A stretch of 64,000 nucleotides of DNA from Candidatus Heimdallarchaeota archaeon (GCA_018238545.1 JABCTC010000006.1:32001-96000), one strand, 5' to 3'. Positions 48,981 to 60,051 are shown, counted from the stretch's first letter. A program made the numbers and translations. The notes: generated from the sequence alone by a model not told the origin.

Positions 48981-49283
48981 ATGGATTTGAACAGAAGCAT
49001 CAAAATAGCTGTAGATACTGGGAAAATTTCCTATGGTGTAGACTCAGCTAAAAAGGCTCTATTAAATAAACAAGCTAAGTTAGTTATAATCGCAAAGAAC
49101 ATTCCAGGTGACTTAAGAGAGGATATCACAAGATATGCATCTCTATCTGAAGTACCCGTTCTCGAATATTCAGGTTCCTCACTTGATCTTGGAGGAATAT
49201 GTGGAAGACCGCATTTTATTGCAGCAATGACAGTATTTGAGTTTGGTGACAGCGATATTCTAAAAGCAGTTGAGAAAAAATAA
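48981..49283 (+). CDS. rpl30e: 50S ribosomal protein L30e
   Basis: AVDTGK, KLVIIAKN, LGGICGRPH, GDSDIL. Confidence 0.95.
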   Translation: MDLNRSIKIAVDTGKISYGVDSAKKALLNKQAKLVIIAKNIPGDLREDITRYASLSEVPVLEYSGSSLDLGGICGRPHFIAAMTVFEFGDSDILKAVEKK

Positions 49284-49495
49284 TAAAAGGTGAGTTTATT
49301 TTTTCCTTTAGATTTTCTTTACTTTATTCATTAAAAATAATCGAACTATCGATGTTAGGGTTGAGAGAACACAAAATTCTACATATATTTAAATAGTGAA
49401 TAACACAAAGAAAAGTAAGGGGAACTAATAAATTTATAAAGACCAGTAAAACAATTTAAATTAGGTAAACCGTAAAATTAGACTTTACAAAATGG

Positions 49496-49939
49496 ATGAA
49501 TAACATGCCAGCTGTCAAACTATCTCAAACAGAAATGCAATTTATTACGATTTTCCAAGGAATTGTTAATGTAATCATTAAGGACTGTCTAATCGACGAA
49601 GAAGATAACAAAGTTACTTTTGTAGTTTCAGAAGGACAAGCAGGTCTAGCTATTGGAAAGCGAGGAACCAATATTAATAGGCTAAAAGAATTAATAGCAA
49701 AGGATGTAGAGATAATTGAATACTCTTTGGATTCTGCTAAATTTATACGAAACTGTTTCTTACCCATTGTTACTAGAGCAGTGCTAATATTGGATCGAAA
49801 AAATGGCAAGGTTGCAACAGTAGAAGTAGATAATAGAGACAAGGGTCGTGCTATAGGGAGAAATGGAAAAAACATAAACAAGGTTAAAAATCTTGTTTTA
49901 AGACAATTTGATATAGTTGATGTAATGATTAAACAGTGA
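49496..49939 (+). CDS. nusA: Archaeal NusA (two KH domains)
   Basis: GLAIGKRGTNI and GRAIGRNGKNI; follows rpl30e. Confidence 0.93.
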   Translation: MNNMPAVKLSQTEMQFITIFQGIVNVIIKDCLIDEEDNKVTFVVSEGQAGLAIGKRGTNINRLKELIAKDVEIIEYSLDSAKFIRNCFLPIVTRAVLILDRKNGKVATVEVDNRDKGRAIGRNGKNINKVKNLVLRQFDIVDVMIKQ

Positions 49940-50040
49940 GAGAGAACACTTTTTCACTCAATATCACTCAATGTGTCCCACCTTCTGATTTTTCTTGTTT
50001 CAAGAAAAATTAAAATAAGAAGGAATCTAGGTTAATTCAC

Positions 50041-50448
50041 ATGACCTCTTCTTCTGATGACGAGAAATTAGCAGAATTATTAGATATAATTGGGAAAAAA
50101 AAGAGTCTAACAGAAGTTTTGGAAAATGAAATTCTATCTGTTTTTGATTCAAGGGGAGAAAACGCTGTCAAAGTGCTAAAAGAAAATAATTTACAAAAAT
50201 TAATTTTAGATGAAAATATTAGCATCTGGGAAGTTAAAGGTAGAAGCAAGGTCTACATTGTGATAGAAAATAACTATTGCGAATGTACCGATTTTCAGTT
50301 TCGTGTGTTAAGAAAAGGACAAAAAACCTTATGCTATCATCTCTTAGCCAAGATTATTGGGGAGAAGCTTGAAGTTTTCAATACTAGGTCTTTATCTACT
50401 GACGAATACAATAAAATATTGGAACAAAGAATAAAAAATGAAAAATGA
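50041..50448 (+). CDS. SWIM zinc-finger protein
   Basis: WEVKGRSKVY...YCECTDF...LCYHLLA (CxC-xn-CxH). Confidence 0.8.
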   Translation: MTSSSDDEKLAELLDIIGKKKSLTEVLENEILSVFDSRGENAVKVLKENNLQKLILDENISIWEVKGRSKVYIVIENNYCECTDFQFRVLRKGQKTLCYHLLAKIIGEKLEVFNTRSLSTDEYNKILEQRIKNEK

Positions 50449-50464
50449 ATGAAGTTAGAAGTAC

Positions 50465-53400
50465 TTATGCAATGTCTTCTAATTCAATGTGAGGAGCAAT
50501 ACCTAGACTCATTAGTTCTTGCATTAATAGTTTGAAAGCATAGCTTATTACGACTTTAGCAACAGTTGTTTCTTCTTTACAAATAGGACAATGGTATCGA
50601 TCTCTATTCCTATCATACATTGCTAAGAAACCACACCTAGAACAAATAAGGGCATCAGTTTTATCAGATTCATCAAGTAATCTTTCTTTCAGAAGAATAG
50701 ATGTTCCATGACCTATAAGGCAATCTCTTTCCATCTCTCCAAATCTTAGACCTCCTTCCCTTGCTCTACCCTCAGTAGGTTGTCTTGTGAGCATTTGTAT
50801 GGGACCTCTTGCTCGTGCGTGTATTTTGTCTTGAACTAAGTGGTGCAGCTTCTGGTAGAATTGAGATCCTACAAACACATTCCCCTCTAGTCTTTTTCCA
50901 GTTTTTCCATCATACATTACTTCTCTTCCATAGGGATACATGCCTATCTCTTTTAGTTCATCATGAAGATCATCAAGTTTGGTTTGACTAAAAGCTGTAC
51001 CATATATGGCGGAACCCCTTTGAGCTGCAAGCTTACCTGCAAGTAATTCCATTAACATTCCTATTGTCATTCTTGATGGGACTGCATGTGGGTTGACGAT
51101 GATGTCTGGGACAATTCCAGATTCAGTGAAAGGCATATCTTCTTGAGGTATGATGAGTCCTATAACTCCCTTTTGTCCATGTCTGGATGCAAATTTATCC
51201 CCAATTTCAGGGATTCTTTCAGATCTAACTCGAACCTTAACAAGACGATTTCCTTCATTAGTGTCTGTAAGTACAACAACATCAGATATCCCCTTTTCTC
51301 CATGTCTCATAGCTTTACTAGTTTCTCTTCTGTTTTGTGGAGGAACATCAAATTCGGTATATTCTTCCAGAAATCTGGGAGGACTTGTTCTACCAATCAA
51401 TACTTCTCCTCTACTCCCCTCAACACTAATTTCGGGTTCAATAACACCATCTTCACCAAGATGTACATATTGGGATTCATCCTTGTACCCTCTAACTGAA
51501 TCATCTGGAATTTCAAATGTATCTTCTTGTCCATTTGGATATTTACGCTCTTCAGCATCATATGTCCTGTAAAATGTACTTCTTCCCAATCCTCTCTCAA
51601 TAGCTGCTTTATTTATCAGTAAAGCATCTTCCATATTGTATCCCTCATAAGCTAGAATTGCAATAATGAAGTTTTGACCTGCTGGTCTACTTTCAAAGTT
51701 AATTGCATCCATTCCATGGGTTTTAACTAATGGTTTTTGAGGATAATGTAGAATGTGGGCTCTTGTATCCATTCTATATCTGAAATTTGCAGAGAAGATA
51801 CCAAGAGCTTGTTTTGCCATTCCCGCTTCATAGACATTTCTATCAGAACGATTATGTTCAGGATAAGGAATAAGGGAAGCACAAATTCCTAGAATTGTAC
51901 TAGGTGTAATTTCCATGTGGGTAATATCTGGACCAAGTGAGTTTTCATCAATTGCAATGAACAAATTCTCTTCTTCTTCAGCATCTATATACTCAATAAC
52001 TTGGTTTCGAAGGAGATCTGACCAAGACCATTTATTACTAACAATCCAATTGATCATCTCTTTTGTTAGCTTTGAGTTACCATTTTCAACAATTATCAAA
52101 GGACGACGAACTCTTCCTGCATCACAATTTATCATGATTTCCCTTGTATCATCATAGTATGCAATATTGACTTCGTGGTGTATCTCCCCTTCTCTTCGTT
52201 TCTCAATTAGTTTATGTCTAAATTCTTCACCTTTTTCAACAGCTCCTAGAAAGCTACCATTCAAGAAAACCTTGTAGTAGTTTGGATTAGCAACTAGTTT
52301 TGCTAACTGAGAAGTTGGTTCTGCCAAATCTTGAGGCTTAATAATATTTAATCCTAAATCATCAATTAGTTTTTTCTCAATCTCTTTTTCTTGTAATCCT
52401 ACACTGATATATGCTTGAAGAGCTAGATTTTTCACTAAACCACAATTTGGTCCTTCTGGTGTTTCATTTGGACATATCTTACCAAAATGTGTTGGGTGAA
52501 GATCTCGAGCTTCAAAGTGAGGTTGACTTCTACTCAAAGGACTCACTACTCTTCGCAAATGGCTTAAGGCTGACATGTAATTTGTTCTATCAAGCAATTG
52601 ACTGACTCCTGATTTTCCACCAGTCCAATTACCAGTTGCTAGTGCATGTCTTAATCTTTCAGTAATTAAATCAGCTCGAACAGCTGTTTTTAGATTAGGT
52701 TTTCGACCTCTAACAGTTACTCTTTCTAATTGGTATTTGATATCACGGCATAATGCATGAAAAGCTACTCTATATAACATGAGTAACAAGTCTCCAGCGA
52801 GTTTTAACCGTTTATTTGAATAATGATCCTTGTCATCTTTATGTCTAACGCCTGCTTCTAGTTCAAGTAATCTTTGAGCCATACGGGCAAGAAAGAACGC
52901 TTTCTTTAATCTAGATTCTTCATCACTTCCAAGATGAGGAAGAAGATATTTATCTAATACTTGCATAGCTCGATTAATACGATATTCTTTTGTTTGCCCT
53001 ACAGCTACTCTTTTTCCAATATAATCCAGAGATTCTTCTGTAGTATCTATTTCCGAGGATTCTCTCATTAAGATTGACATAACTCGGGATCGAAGTTCAG
53101 GTGTCGGACTTATGGCCATTGCAATCATATCGTCTCTTTCTATTCCAAGTGCTCGCATTAGAAGGATGAGAGATATTTTTCTGGGCATACTTGGAAAACT
53201 TACTCTTAATTGACCATCATTAGTGTGCTCTACAGTAACTGGAGCTCGAAAACCATGTATAACACTGAACACTTTAGCTTCACTTGTCACATTTCCTTTG
53301 CTCTTGAGCTTGTCTATGAGAATGCGATTTGGTGATAAATCTTCTTGAGTTACAATAACACGCTCACTACCATTTACTAAAAAGTAACCACCAGGATCTT

Positions 53401-53863
53401 TAGGATCTTCTCCTAGTTTAATTAGAGATTCAGGAGTACGATTATATAGTTGACATTTATTGGATTTCAACATAATGGGGAGATAACCAATAAAAACACT
53501 AATTGGTTCCAAGGGAACTTCTACGCCATCATCAGAGCCTTTCCGAATTGGTGTCATATGCAGATTTAACCTTGAAGCATAAGTTAGATTACGAATCCTT
53601 GCTTCCATTGGATAAACAGAACTCTGTGAGCCATCAGCTTCGCGAATAGTTGGTTCTTCAACCTCAACTTTATCTAACCTCACATAAAATTCGGAATCTT
53701 CAGGTTCGATAGTTTTAATCTCTTTGATAACTGATTGTAATCTCTTTTCTAGAAATTCATTAAAAGAATCAAGATGCTGACGAACTAATCCTAGCTCATC
53801 AAACATTGCGTTAACTAAAACCCAACGACTATTGGTATTTGAACTACTCTTCTTTTTGACCAT
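50465..53863 (-). CDS. rpoB: RNA polymerase subunit B (unsplit Rpo2)
   Basis: DPGGYF, ETPEGPNCGLVKN, GDKFASRHGQKG, GGLRFGEMERD, C-terminal Zn ribbon. Confidence 0.98.
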   Translation of the reverse strand: MVKKKSSSNTNSRWVLVNAMFDELGLVRQHLDSFNEFLEKRLQSVIKEIKTIEPEDSEFYVRLDKVEVEEPTIREADGSQSSVYPMEARIRNLTYASRLNLHMTPIRKGSDDGVEVPLEPISVFIGYLPIMLKSNKCQLYNRTPESLIKLGEDPKDPGGYFLVNGSERVIVTQEDLSPNRILIDKLKSKGNVTSEAKVFSVIHGFRAPVTVEHTNDGQLRVSFPSMPRKISLILLMRALGIERDDMIAMAISPTPELRSRVMSILMRESSEIDTTEESLDYIGKRVAVGQTKEYRINRAMQVLDKYLLPHLGSDEESRLKKAFFLARMAQRLLELEAGVRHKDDKDHYSNKRLKLAGDLLLMLYRVAFHALCRDIKYQLERVTVRGRKPNLKTAVRADLITERLRHALATGNWTGGKSGVSQLLDRTNYMSALSHLRRVVSPLSRSQPHFEARDLHPTHFGKICPNETPEGPNCGLVKNLALQAYISVGLQEKEIEKKLIDDLGLNIIKPQDLAEPTSQLAKLVANPNYYKVFLNGSFLGAVEKGEEFRHKLIEKRREGEIHHEVNIAYYDDTREIMINCDAGRVRRPLIIVENGNSKLTKEMINWIVSNKWSWSDLLRNQVIEYIDAEEEENLFIAIDENSLGPDITHMEITPSTILGICASLIPYPEHNRSDRNVYEAGMAKQALGIFSANFRYRMDTRAHILHYPQKPLVKTHGMDAINFESRPAGQNFIIAILAYEGYNMEDALLINKAAIERGLGRSTFYRTYDAEERKYPNGQEDTFEIPDDSVRGYKDESQYVHLGEDGVIEPEISVEGSRGEVLIGRTSPPRFLEEYTEFDVPPQNRRETSKAMRHGEKGISDVVVLTDTNEGNRLVKVRVRSERIPEIGDKFASRHGQKGVIGLIIPQEDMPFTESGIVPDIIVNPHAVPSRMTIGMLMELLAGKLAAQRGSAIYGTAFSQTKLDDLHDELKEIGMYPYGREVMYDGKTGKRLEGNVFVGSQFYQKLHHLVQDKIHARARGPIQMLTRQPTEGRAREGGLRFGEMERDCLIGHGTSILLKERLLDESDKTDALICSRCGFLAMYDRNRDRYHCPICKEETTVAKVVISYAFKLLMQELMSLGIAPHIELEDIA

Positions 53864-53968
53864 TTAAACACCCATGGACGACTAAAAATTGCGATATCCT
53901 CGCATTTACGAGCATTTTTGATAGATTAAAAAGATTATGAATCAAGACCACAAAAAAGAGTTATAGTC

Positions 53969-55366
53969 TCACTTGTCAGAGTGAAAAATTAAGGACCAAG
54001 GATAGCGTACAGCTATTTCACTCACTACTCGTTTCACTTTCTCTTGTTCAGATGTATTTTCATAAAACAATAAAAACACCTCTCCTCCTCTACTTCGTTT
54101 CATTTTTTGATAGACTGTTTTTGGAGAATTCACTAAATCATATACTATAATTAACTCTGTTTGAGGGATGTCTATATCTCTTTCTCCAATGGGTGAAAGA
54201 ATGAGTGCTGAGTGTTCCTTAGAGCTCTTAAACCTCTCAATTATCTCACTCTTGTTTCTTGATTTACCTGTAACTTCAAAAATTGTAATTCCTTCACTCT
54301 TAAGAAGCTGGGAAAGGGAACTTACTGTAGATAAAAACGAACAAAGAATAGTTATTTTCTTACGGTTCTTCACTATTTTTAACACCTCTAATTCTTTACC
54401 ACTTATCTTTGGTATGTCAGAGAGAAGGCCCTTATCGAAACCATGACGCATCAAATAATTTGGATAGGTGCTTGCTGGCATAGAGTAAACATATTTTCTT
54501 AATAGTAAGAGTCGATTAAGTTTCTCCACCAAATCAGTTTCAATTGACATAAGTGAAATGTTTTGAAAGAAATTTTGCTTTAATCGCGGTAACTCGGTTG
54601 GAGATGTTTCACTTACAATTTGCAGTATTTCTTCTCGTAAATCTTTAATTTGTTTCGTAATCATTTGTATTATCTGGGCAGTTTTTTCATCTTTAACAGG
54701 ATGAATGTGAACCTTTGTTTCTTTGATATATTCCTTAAGATCTGTCCCAATAAAATCTTCAATTGTTATAATGGAACTTTCAGGAATAAATTCCATTAAA
54801 GTACTTAGCTCGTTTCGTAATTTAAGCTGATCTTCATCTAATACAAAATGATCATCTCTAAGAGTGCCACTCATACCTACGAATCTTGTGTTATCTAGTT
54901 GTGCCAGTATTCTATTCCATGGGACACATAAAACTCTCTTTAGAGAAACGCGTCGGATTATTTGGTCCACTTCATTAATAATTGCGATATCGATATTTTC
55001 AGCTAACTCTGGAAACTTTTTCAGTGTATTAGAAAAAACAATTGGAAGCGATAAGATTACACGGTTTTTTTCGATTATGTGTTTTCTATAATTTGCACTT
55101 AAACCACTCTTAACAACACCCAAATCTTTTATTCCACCATACTCTTTTTCCAAATAGTGGGCTGTTTCTTCAAGCGAAGTGTGTGTTTGCAGAAAAACCA
55201 CAACTTTTTTGTCCTTAAACGCTTCCGTTACTAGCCTATACATCAGAACACGCTTACCCATCCCACAATCTAATTCTAGAATGACACTTTTTCTCGAATC
55301 TACCAATTCTTCAATTCGTTGAATGATAAAATTCTGATACTCACGAGATTCGATGGACAAGACCAA
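53969..55366 (-). CDS. Degenerate superfamily 2 helicase-like protein (Hef/MPH1-like core)
   Basis: REYQ Q-motif, LDCGMGKR, IINEVD, MSGT, ERDIDIP, QKMKRSRG: all SF2 motifs in order but non-canonical. Confidence 0.7.
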   Translation of the reverse strand: MVLSIESREYQNFIIQRIEELVDSRKSVILELDCGMGKRVLMYRLVTEAFKDKKVVVFLQTHTSLEETAHYLEKEYGGIKDLGVVKSGLSANYRKHIIEKNRVILSLPIVFSNTLKKFPELAENIDIAIINEVDQIIRRVSLKRVLCVPWNRILAQLDNTRFVGMSGTLRDDHFVLDEDQLKLRNELSTLMEFIPESSIITIEDFIGTDLKEYIKETKVHIHPVKDEKTAQIIQMITKQIKDLREEILQIVSETSPTELPRLKQNFFQNISLMSIETDLVEKLNRLLLLRKYVYSMPASTYPNYLMRHGFDKGLLSDIPKISGKELEVLKIVKNRKKITILCSFLSTVSSLSQLLKSEGITIFEVTGKSRNKSEIIERFKSSKEHSALILSPIGERDIDIPQTELIIVYDLVNSPKTVYQKMKRSRGGEVFLLFYENTSEQEKVKRVVSEIAVRYPWSLIFHSDK

Positions 55367-55424
55367 TCACTTTGATATATGGATATTCGTATATAAAGAG
55401 ACAAATTAACAGCTAACAATCACA

Positions 55425-56255
55425 TCATATCTTATCTGAAATGTTTTCCTGAACCGATTTCAATAAGTTGAATGACTGATCTGATTTTTCGTGAAGATTG
55501 AATCCTATCGCGGTTATGCTAATACTTTTCATGGTTTGCACTGCCCATGTATCGGTGTTTTCAGGAAAAGATTTTTTCTGTTCTCCCCACAACCATAAAT
55601 ACGGGAGTTTTCGCGGGTCTTTCTTCTCTACCATGTAGTTATTGTATTTGTAAAATGCAGGCCTTGTAATATATATCTCTGTTTCTTCTGTAATCTCCGT
55701 AGGGTAATTTACATTTAGAAAAGCCAAACCTTGCGGCCATTCCATATCCAAGGTGTGCTCAACAATCATACGAGACATTTCTGCCATTCTATCGAAATTG
55801 ATTCCTTTTTGTTCAATAAGTTGTGCATCATCTGATAAATCTGCTGAAAAAGCTATAGCTGGGACATTATTGAAAGCTGCTTCAAATGCTGCAGCGCAAG
55901 TACCACTTGTTAAAATTGAATGAATTGAAGAATTATCCCCATAATTGATTCCACTTACAACCATGTTAGGTTTCTTTTTCAAGACGTGGATACCAACAAG
56001 AACATTATCAGCTGGTGCTCCAGTTGTACTGTAACCTATTGAACCATCTTCATAATCTATTTGTGAGAAACGTATGGGTTTATGGAATGTAAGGGCCTTT
56101 GATACGGCTGAACTAGCTTCAGCAGGTGCAAAGCACACTACTTTAGCTATTTTAACAAGCTCTTCTCTAATGGTGTTTAGACCAATGGATTTAATTCCAT
56201 CATCATTTGTCAATAGAATAAGTTTATCTTTCACAAAGATATAATTGGCAATCAT
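55425..56255 (-). CDS. surE: 5'/3'-nucleotidase SurE
   Basis: ILLTNDDGI, GAPAD, VSGINYGDN, SGT.AAAFEA. Confidence 0.93.
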   Translation of the reverse strand: MIANYIFVKDKLILLTNDDGIKSIGLNTIREELVKIAKVVCFAPAEASSAVSKALTFHKPIRFSQIDYEDGSIGYSTTGAPADNVLVGIHVLKKKPNMVVSGINYGDNSSIHSILTSGTCAAAFEAAFNNVPAIAFSADLSDDAQLIEQKGINFDRMAEMSRMIVEHTLDMEWPQGLAFLNVNYPTEITEETEIYITRPAFYKYNNYMVEKKDPRKLPYLWLWGEQKKSFPENTDTWAVQTMKSISITAIGFNLHEKSDQSFNLLKSVQENISDKI

Positions 56256-56366
56256 TTGTTAAGTTTTATCTTTGGAAATAAATTTTAGTTCAAACATAAC
56301 GTTAAAAAAAACAAATTGCGCTGTTCTTTTAGAATAAACAATTATGTACATAAAGGTGTTTTTACG

Positions 56367-59072
56367 ATGACTGAAAAATATGTCTATAAATTCTTTAGTA
56401 AAGATATAAGTGAAGGAAAAGCGGAAATGAAACCATTGCTAGGTGGAAAAGGAGCAAATTTGGCTGAAATGACAAATTTGGGGCTACCTGTACCACCTGG
56501 TTACGTAGTAACAACTCAAGCTTGTCTTCATTTTCTAGCGAATAACAATTCCTATCCTGAAGGGTTGGAAGAACAAATAGAATTGGCACAACAAGGATTA
56601 GAAAATTCTGCAGGGAAGAAATTGGGAGATGAAAATGATCCCCTATTAGTTTCTGTAAGGAGTGGATCAGTTGTTTCCATGCCTGGGATGATGGACACAG
56701 TGTTGAACCTTGGTTTAACTGATAGTTCTGTTGAAGGGTTGGCAAAGGTGTCTGAAGACCCAAGATTTGCCTATGATTCATACCGTCGTTTTATTTACAT
56801 GTATGCTGATGTGGTAAAAGGTGTCAGCAAAACATTTTTTGAGAAAGAATTGGAAAAACTCAAAGTAGAACTCGGAGTAGAAACTGATACGGAAATACCT
56901 GCTGAAGAACTCAAAAAACTTGTCCAAAAATACAAAATAATCTATAAAGAACATTTGGGCGAAGATTTTCCACAAGATCCACGTGTTCAGCTGTTGGATG
57001 CAGTTAAGGCTGTTTTTAAAAGCTGGAACAATAAACGTGCTATTGATTATAGAAACCATCAAGGCATTTCACATGATTTAGGAACCGCCGTAAACATTAT
57101 GATAATGGTTTATGGTAACCTAGGCGATACATCCGCGACCGGTGTAGCATTCTCAAGAAACCCATCAGATGGAAGTAAGGGAATTTACGGAGAATATCTC
57201 ATTAATGCACAAGGAGAAGATGTTGTTGCTGGAATTAGAACCCCATTACCAATTGTAAATCTCAAGGACGACATGCCTACCCTCTATGATGAATTAGTAG
57301 AGATTTCTGAAAGCTTAGAGGCCAGATACCGAGACATGCAAGATATGGAATTTACAATTCAACAAGGAAAACTCTACATGCTTCAAACAAGAAGCGGTAA
57401 GAGAACTGGAATCGCTGCAAGTCAAATTGCATATGATTTAGTTAATGAAGGTGTTATTACTAAGGAAGAAGCCATCATGAGAATCACTCCAAGTGATGTT
57501 GAAAATGCTTTGTTCCCATCTATCGATTGGCAACAAATAAATGTTAATGCTCCTATAAAACAAATTAAACATGAATTAAGTGATAGACTCCTTGGTTCAG
57601 GTTTAGCTGCTGGAGCTGCTGCTGCAACTGGACTTGCTATTTTTGATGCCGATAGGGCTGAAGAAGCAGCAAAGCAAAATAAAGAAGTAATTCTAGTAAG
57701 GGTTGAAACAACACCTGAAGATTTTCATGGAATGGCAGCCAGTAATGGTATTCTTACAATGAAAGGTGGTCTAACAAGTCATGCGGCGATTGTTGCAAGG
57801 CAGATTGGTAAAGCCTGTATTGTTGGAAGTGAAAATGGTGGTATTTCTATTGATGTTGAGAAAAATGAACTTTATGCAAAAGGTATAACCATTAAAGAAG
57901 GAGATTGGATTACTATCGACGGTGAAGATGGTTCAATCTATGCTGGTAAATTACCCACTAGACCATCTAACTTAACCGATTCAATGAATACAATTTTAGA
58001 TTGGTGTGATGAAACCGCTAAAATTGGTGTGAAAGCTAATGCTGATAAACCTGATCAATTCGTAAAAGCTTTAGAGTTTGGAGCTAAAGGTATAGGATTA
58101 TGTAGAACAGAACACATGTTCTTTGATAACCTTGATTTAGTCAGGGGCATGATATTAGCCAAAAATGACGAAGAAAGAAAACACTATGTTGATCAATTAG
58201 AACCTGTTCAAGAAGAGGATTTTAGAGGTATATTTGATGTTTCAAAAGGTTATCCAGTTATCATACGTTTGATTGATCCTCCTCTACATGAATTCTTACC
58301 AAGTGAAGAAGAATTAATGACTGAGATTTTTGAAGCAAAACTAGCAGGTAAGAAGGATGAGGATTTCAAGGAAACAGCTGATATGCTAGAAGTTGTAAGA
58401 GAAATGAAAGAACAAAATCCTATGCTTGGTCTGAGAGGTTGCAGGCTTGGAATTACTATGCCAATTGTTACAGAAATGCAAGCTCGCGCAATATTCAAAG
58501 CAGCTGCTAAAGTTATCAAAAGTGGTAAAGAAGTACTTCCTGAAGTAATGGTTCCTCTTGTAGGATTCCAAAAAGAATTCGAACACCAAAGAACAATTAT
58601 TGATCGAATCGCCAAGGAAGTGATGCAAGAAGAGGGTATTGATTTTAAGTATCTTGTTGGAACTATGATTGAGGTACCAAGAGCAGCTTTGACAAGCAGT
58701 GAAATTGCAGGTGGAGAAAAAGGTGCTCAATTCTTTAGCTTTGGAACAAATGATCTTCATCAGATGGCATTAGGCTTTAGTAGAGACGATGCAGGTACAT
58801 TTATCTCTAAATACATGGAACAAGGGATACTCAAAGATGACCCATTTGTTTCAATTGAAGAAGCAGGTGTCGGACGATTAATGAAGATATGTGTAGAAGA
58901 TGGAAAAGCTACAAATCCAAATATCGAACTAGGGATTTGTGGTGAACAGGGTGGGGATCCTCAGTCTATAGATTTCTGTTACAGAATTGGTTTAGATTAC
59001 GTGTCTTGCAGTCCATTCAGAGTACCAATAGCTAGATTAGCCGCCGCTCGCGCTACTTTAAGTAATAAATAA
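56367..59072 (+). CDS. ppdK: Pyruvate, phosphate dikinase
   Basis: LLGGKGANLAEM, VSVRSG, GGLTSHAA with the phospho-His, GLCRTEHMF, SFGTNDL; ATG at 56367 after AGGTG. Confidence 0.97.
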   Translation: MTEKYVYKFFSKDISEGKAEMKPLLGGKGANLAEMTNLGLPVPPGYVVTTQACLHFLANNNSYPEGLEEQIELAQQGLENSAGKKLGDENDPLLVSVRSGSVVSMPGMMDTVLNLGLTDSSVEGLAKVSEDPRFAYDSYRRFIYMYADVVKGVSKTFFEKELEKLKVELGVETDTEIPAEELKKLVQKYKIIYKEHLGEDFPQDPRVQLLDAVKAVFKSWNNKRAIDYRNHQGISHDLGTAVNIMIMVYGNLGDTSATGVAFSRNPSDGSKGIYGEYLINAQGEDVVAGIRTPLPIVNLKDDMPTLYDELVEISESLEARYRDMQDMEFTIQQGKLYMLQTRSGKRTGIAASQIAYDLVNEGVITKEEAIMRITPSDVENALFPSIDWQQINVNAPIKQIKHELSDRLLGSGLAAGAAAATGLAIFDADRAEEAAKQNKEVILVRVETTPEDFHGMAASNGILTMKGGLTSHAAIVARQIGKACIVGSENGGISIDVEKNELYAKGITIKEGDWITIDGEDGSIYAGKLPTRPSNLTDSMNTILDWCDETAKIGVKANADKPDQFVKALEFGAKGIGLCRTEHMFFDNLDLVRGMILAKNDEERKHYVDQLEPVQEEDFRGIFDVSKGYPVIIRLIDPPLHEFLPSEEELMTEIFEAKLAGKKDEDFKETADMLEVVREMKEQNPMLGLRGCRLGITMPIVTEMQARAIFKAAAKVIKSGKEVLPEVMVPLVGFQKEFEHQRTIIDRIAKEVMQEEGIDFKYLVGTMIEVPRAALTSSEIAGGEKGAQFFSFGTNDLHQMALGFSRDDAGTFISKYMEQGILKDDPFVSIEEAGVGRLMKICVEDGKATNPNIELGICGEQGGDPQSIDFCYRIGLDYVSCSPFRVPIARLAAARATLSNK

Positions 59073-59100
59073 TATTTCTCTCTCTCTTTTTTCTTTTCTT

Positions 59101-60051
59101 TCACAATGATATTATTCTATCAATACTATCTAAGAAGAAACTTATGTCTTCTATGAATTCAAAGAGAAATCTAACGAGTTCAGATTTTAATGAGGTTTTA
59201 TGAAGCGTTATTAGTTCATCAAGCATCTGAATATTTGCTTTAGTATTTGCGAATTCAGTATAGACTCCGATTATATCTCTTTCCTGAACTGAACTAAGAA
59301 GATTTTCAAGAATATCAAGAATGAAATACATCTTGTTGTTGATATCTCCTGATTCACTATAGTTGTCTAACATTATCTGAGTTGAGACTTCTTGAGCCTT
59401 TGTTGCGATATCTTCATAGGCTATATCCAACATGTCGATTACAATCTCATCTATATTCATCTCATCTGCTCTCTGCTCCACTGGCACCGTTGAAACTTCC
59501 ATTCTACATGTTGTATCTTTGATTTCTTCATCTAACCACTTAGCAAAGGAGGGTGTAATTATTGGTTTACGATCCAGAAGAGTATCAGCAGATGTGAACT
59601 CCTCTTGTTTTGGCTTAGGGTGAAAAAACTGTTCTTTTATCTGTGAATGAGCAGTGTATTCAGGATAATTATCGTAAACATACTTCACCAACTGCCGTAG
59701 ACTATAATTCTTAAAATCATAACAAAGGTCTTGGATAACTTGATCATAAATGTCCCCAAAATCATTTTCTAATAAATACTGTTCTCCATGATCTGTTATT
59801 TGATAGCGATGAAGAATTTCACCACCGGCTTTTTCAACTTCTTCATGTTCAATGTAACCATAATCATCTAAATGATGAATGTCCTCTTGGATAACTTGAC
59901 AATATGGTCCAAATTTGAAAGGAATGAAATCATAACCCGTATTGATGTGATAGTTCTTCTCCAAAAGAAACAAGAGTTTTTGAAACTGTACTCTCCCATT
60001 AACATACCCCATATGTTTTAGAAGTAATAACAATGTTGCGTAACGGGACAT
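59101..60051 (-). CDS. YwgA/SocA (DUF4065, Panacea-like) domain protein with acidic helical C-terminal extension
   Basis: GRVQFQKLLFLL...YDFIPFKFGPY...L..YVYDNYPEY signature. Confidence 0.7.
   Translation of the reverse strand: MSRYATLLLLLKHMGYVNGRVQFQKLLFLLEKNYHINTGYDFIPFKFGPYCQVIQEDIHHLDDYGYIEHEEVEKAGGEILHRYQITDHGEQYLLENDFGDIYDQVIQDLCYDFKNYSLRQLVKYVYDNYPEYTAHSQIKEQFFHPKPKQEEFTSADTLLDRKPIITPSFAKWLDEEIKDTTCRMEVSTVPVEQRADEMNIDEIVIDMLDIAYEDIATKAQEVSTQIMLDNYSESGDINNKMYFILDILENLLSSVQERDIIGVYTEFANTKANIQMLDELITLHKTSLKSELVRFLFEFIEDISFFLDSIDRIISL

Noticed and set aside
49363-49949. GAGAGAACAC direct repeat flanking nusA (also GAGAGAACA at 27700)
   Set aside because: Too short to distinguish from chance, with no mobile-element context
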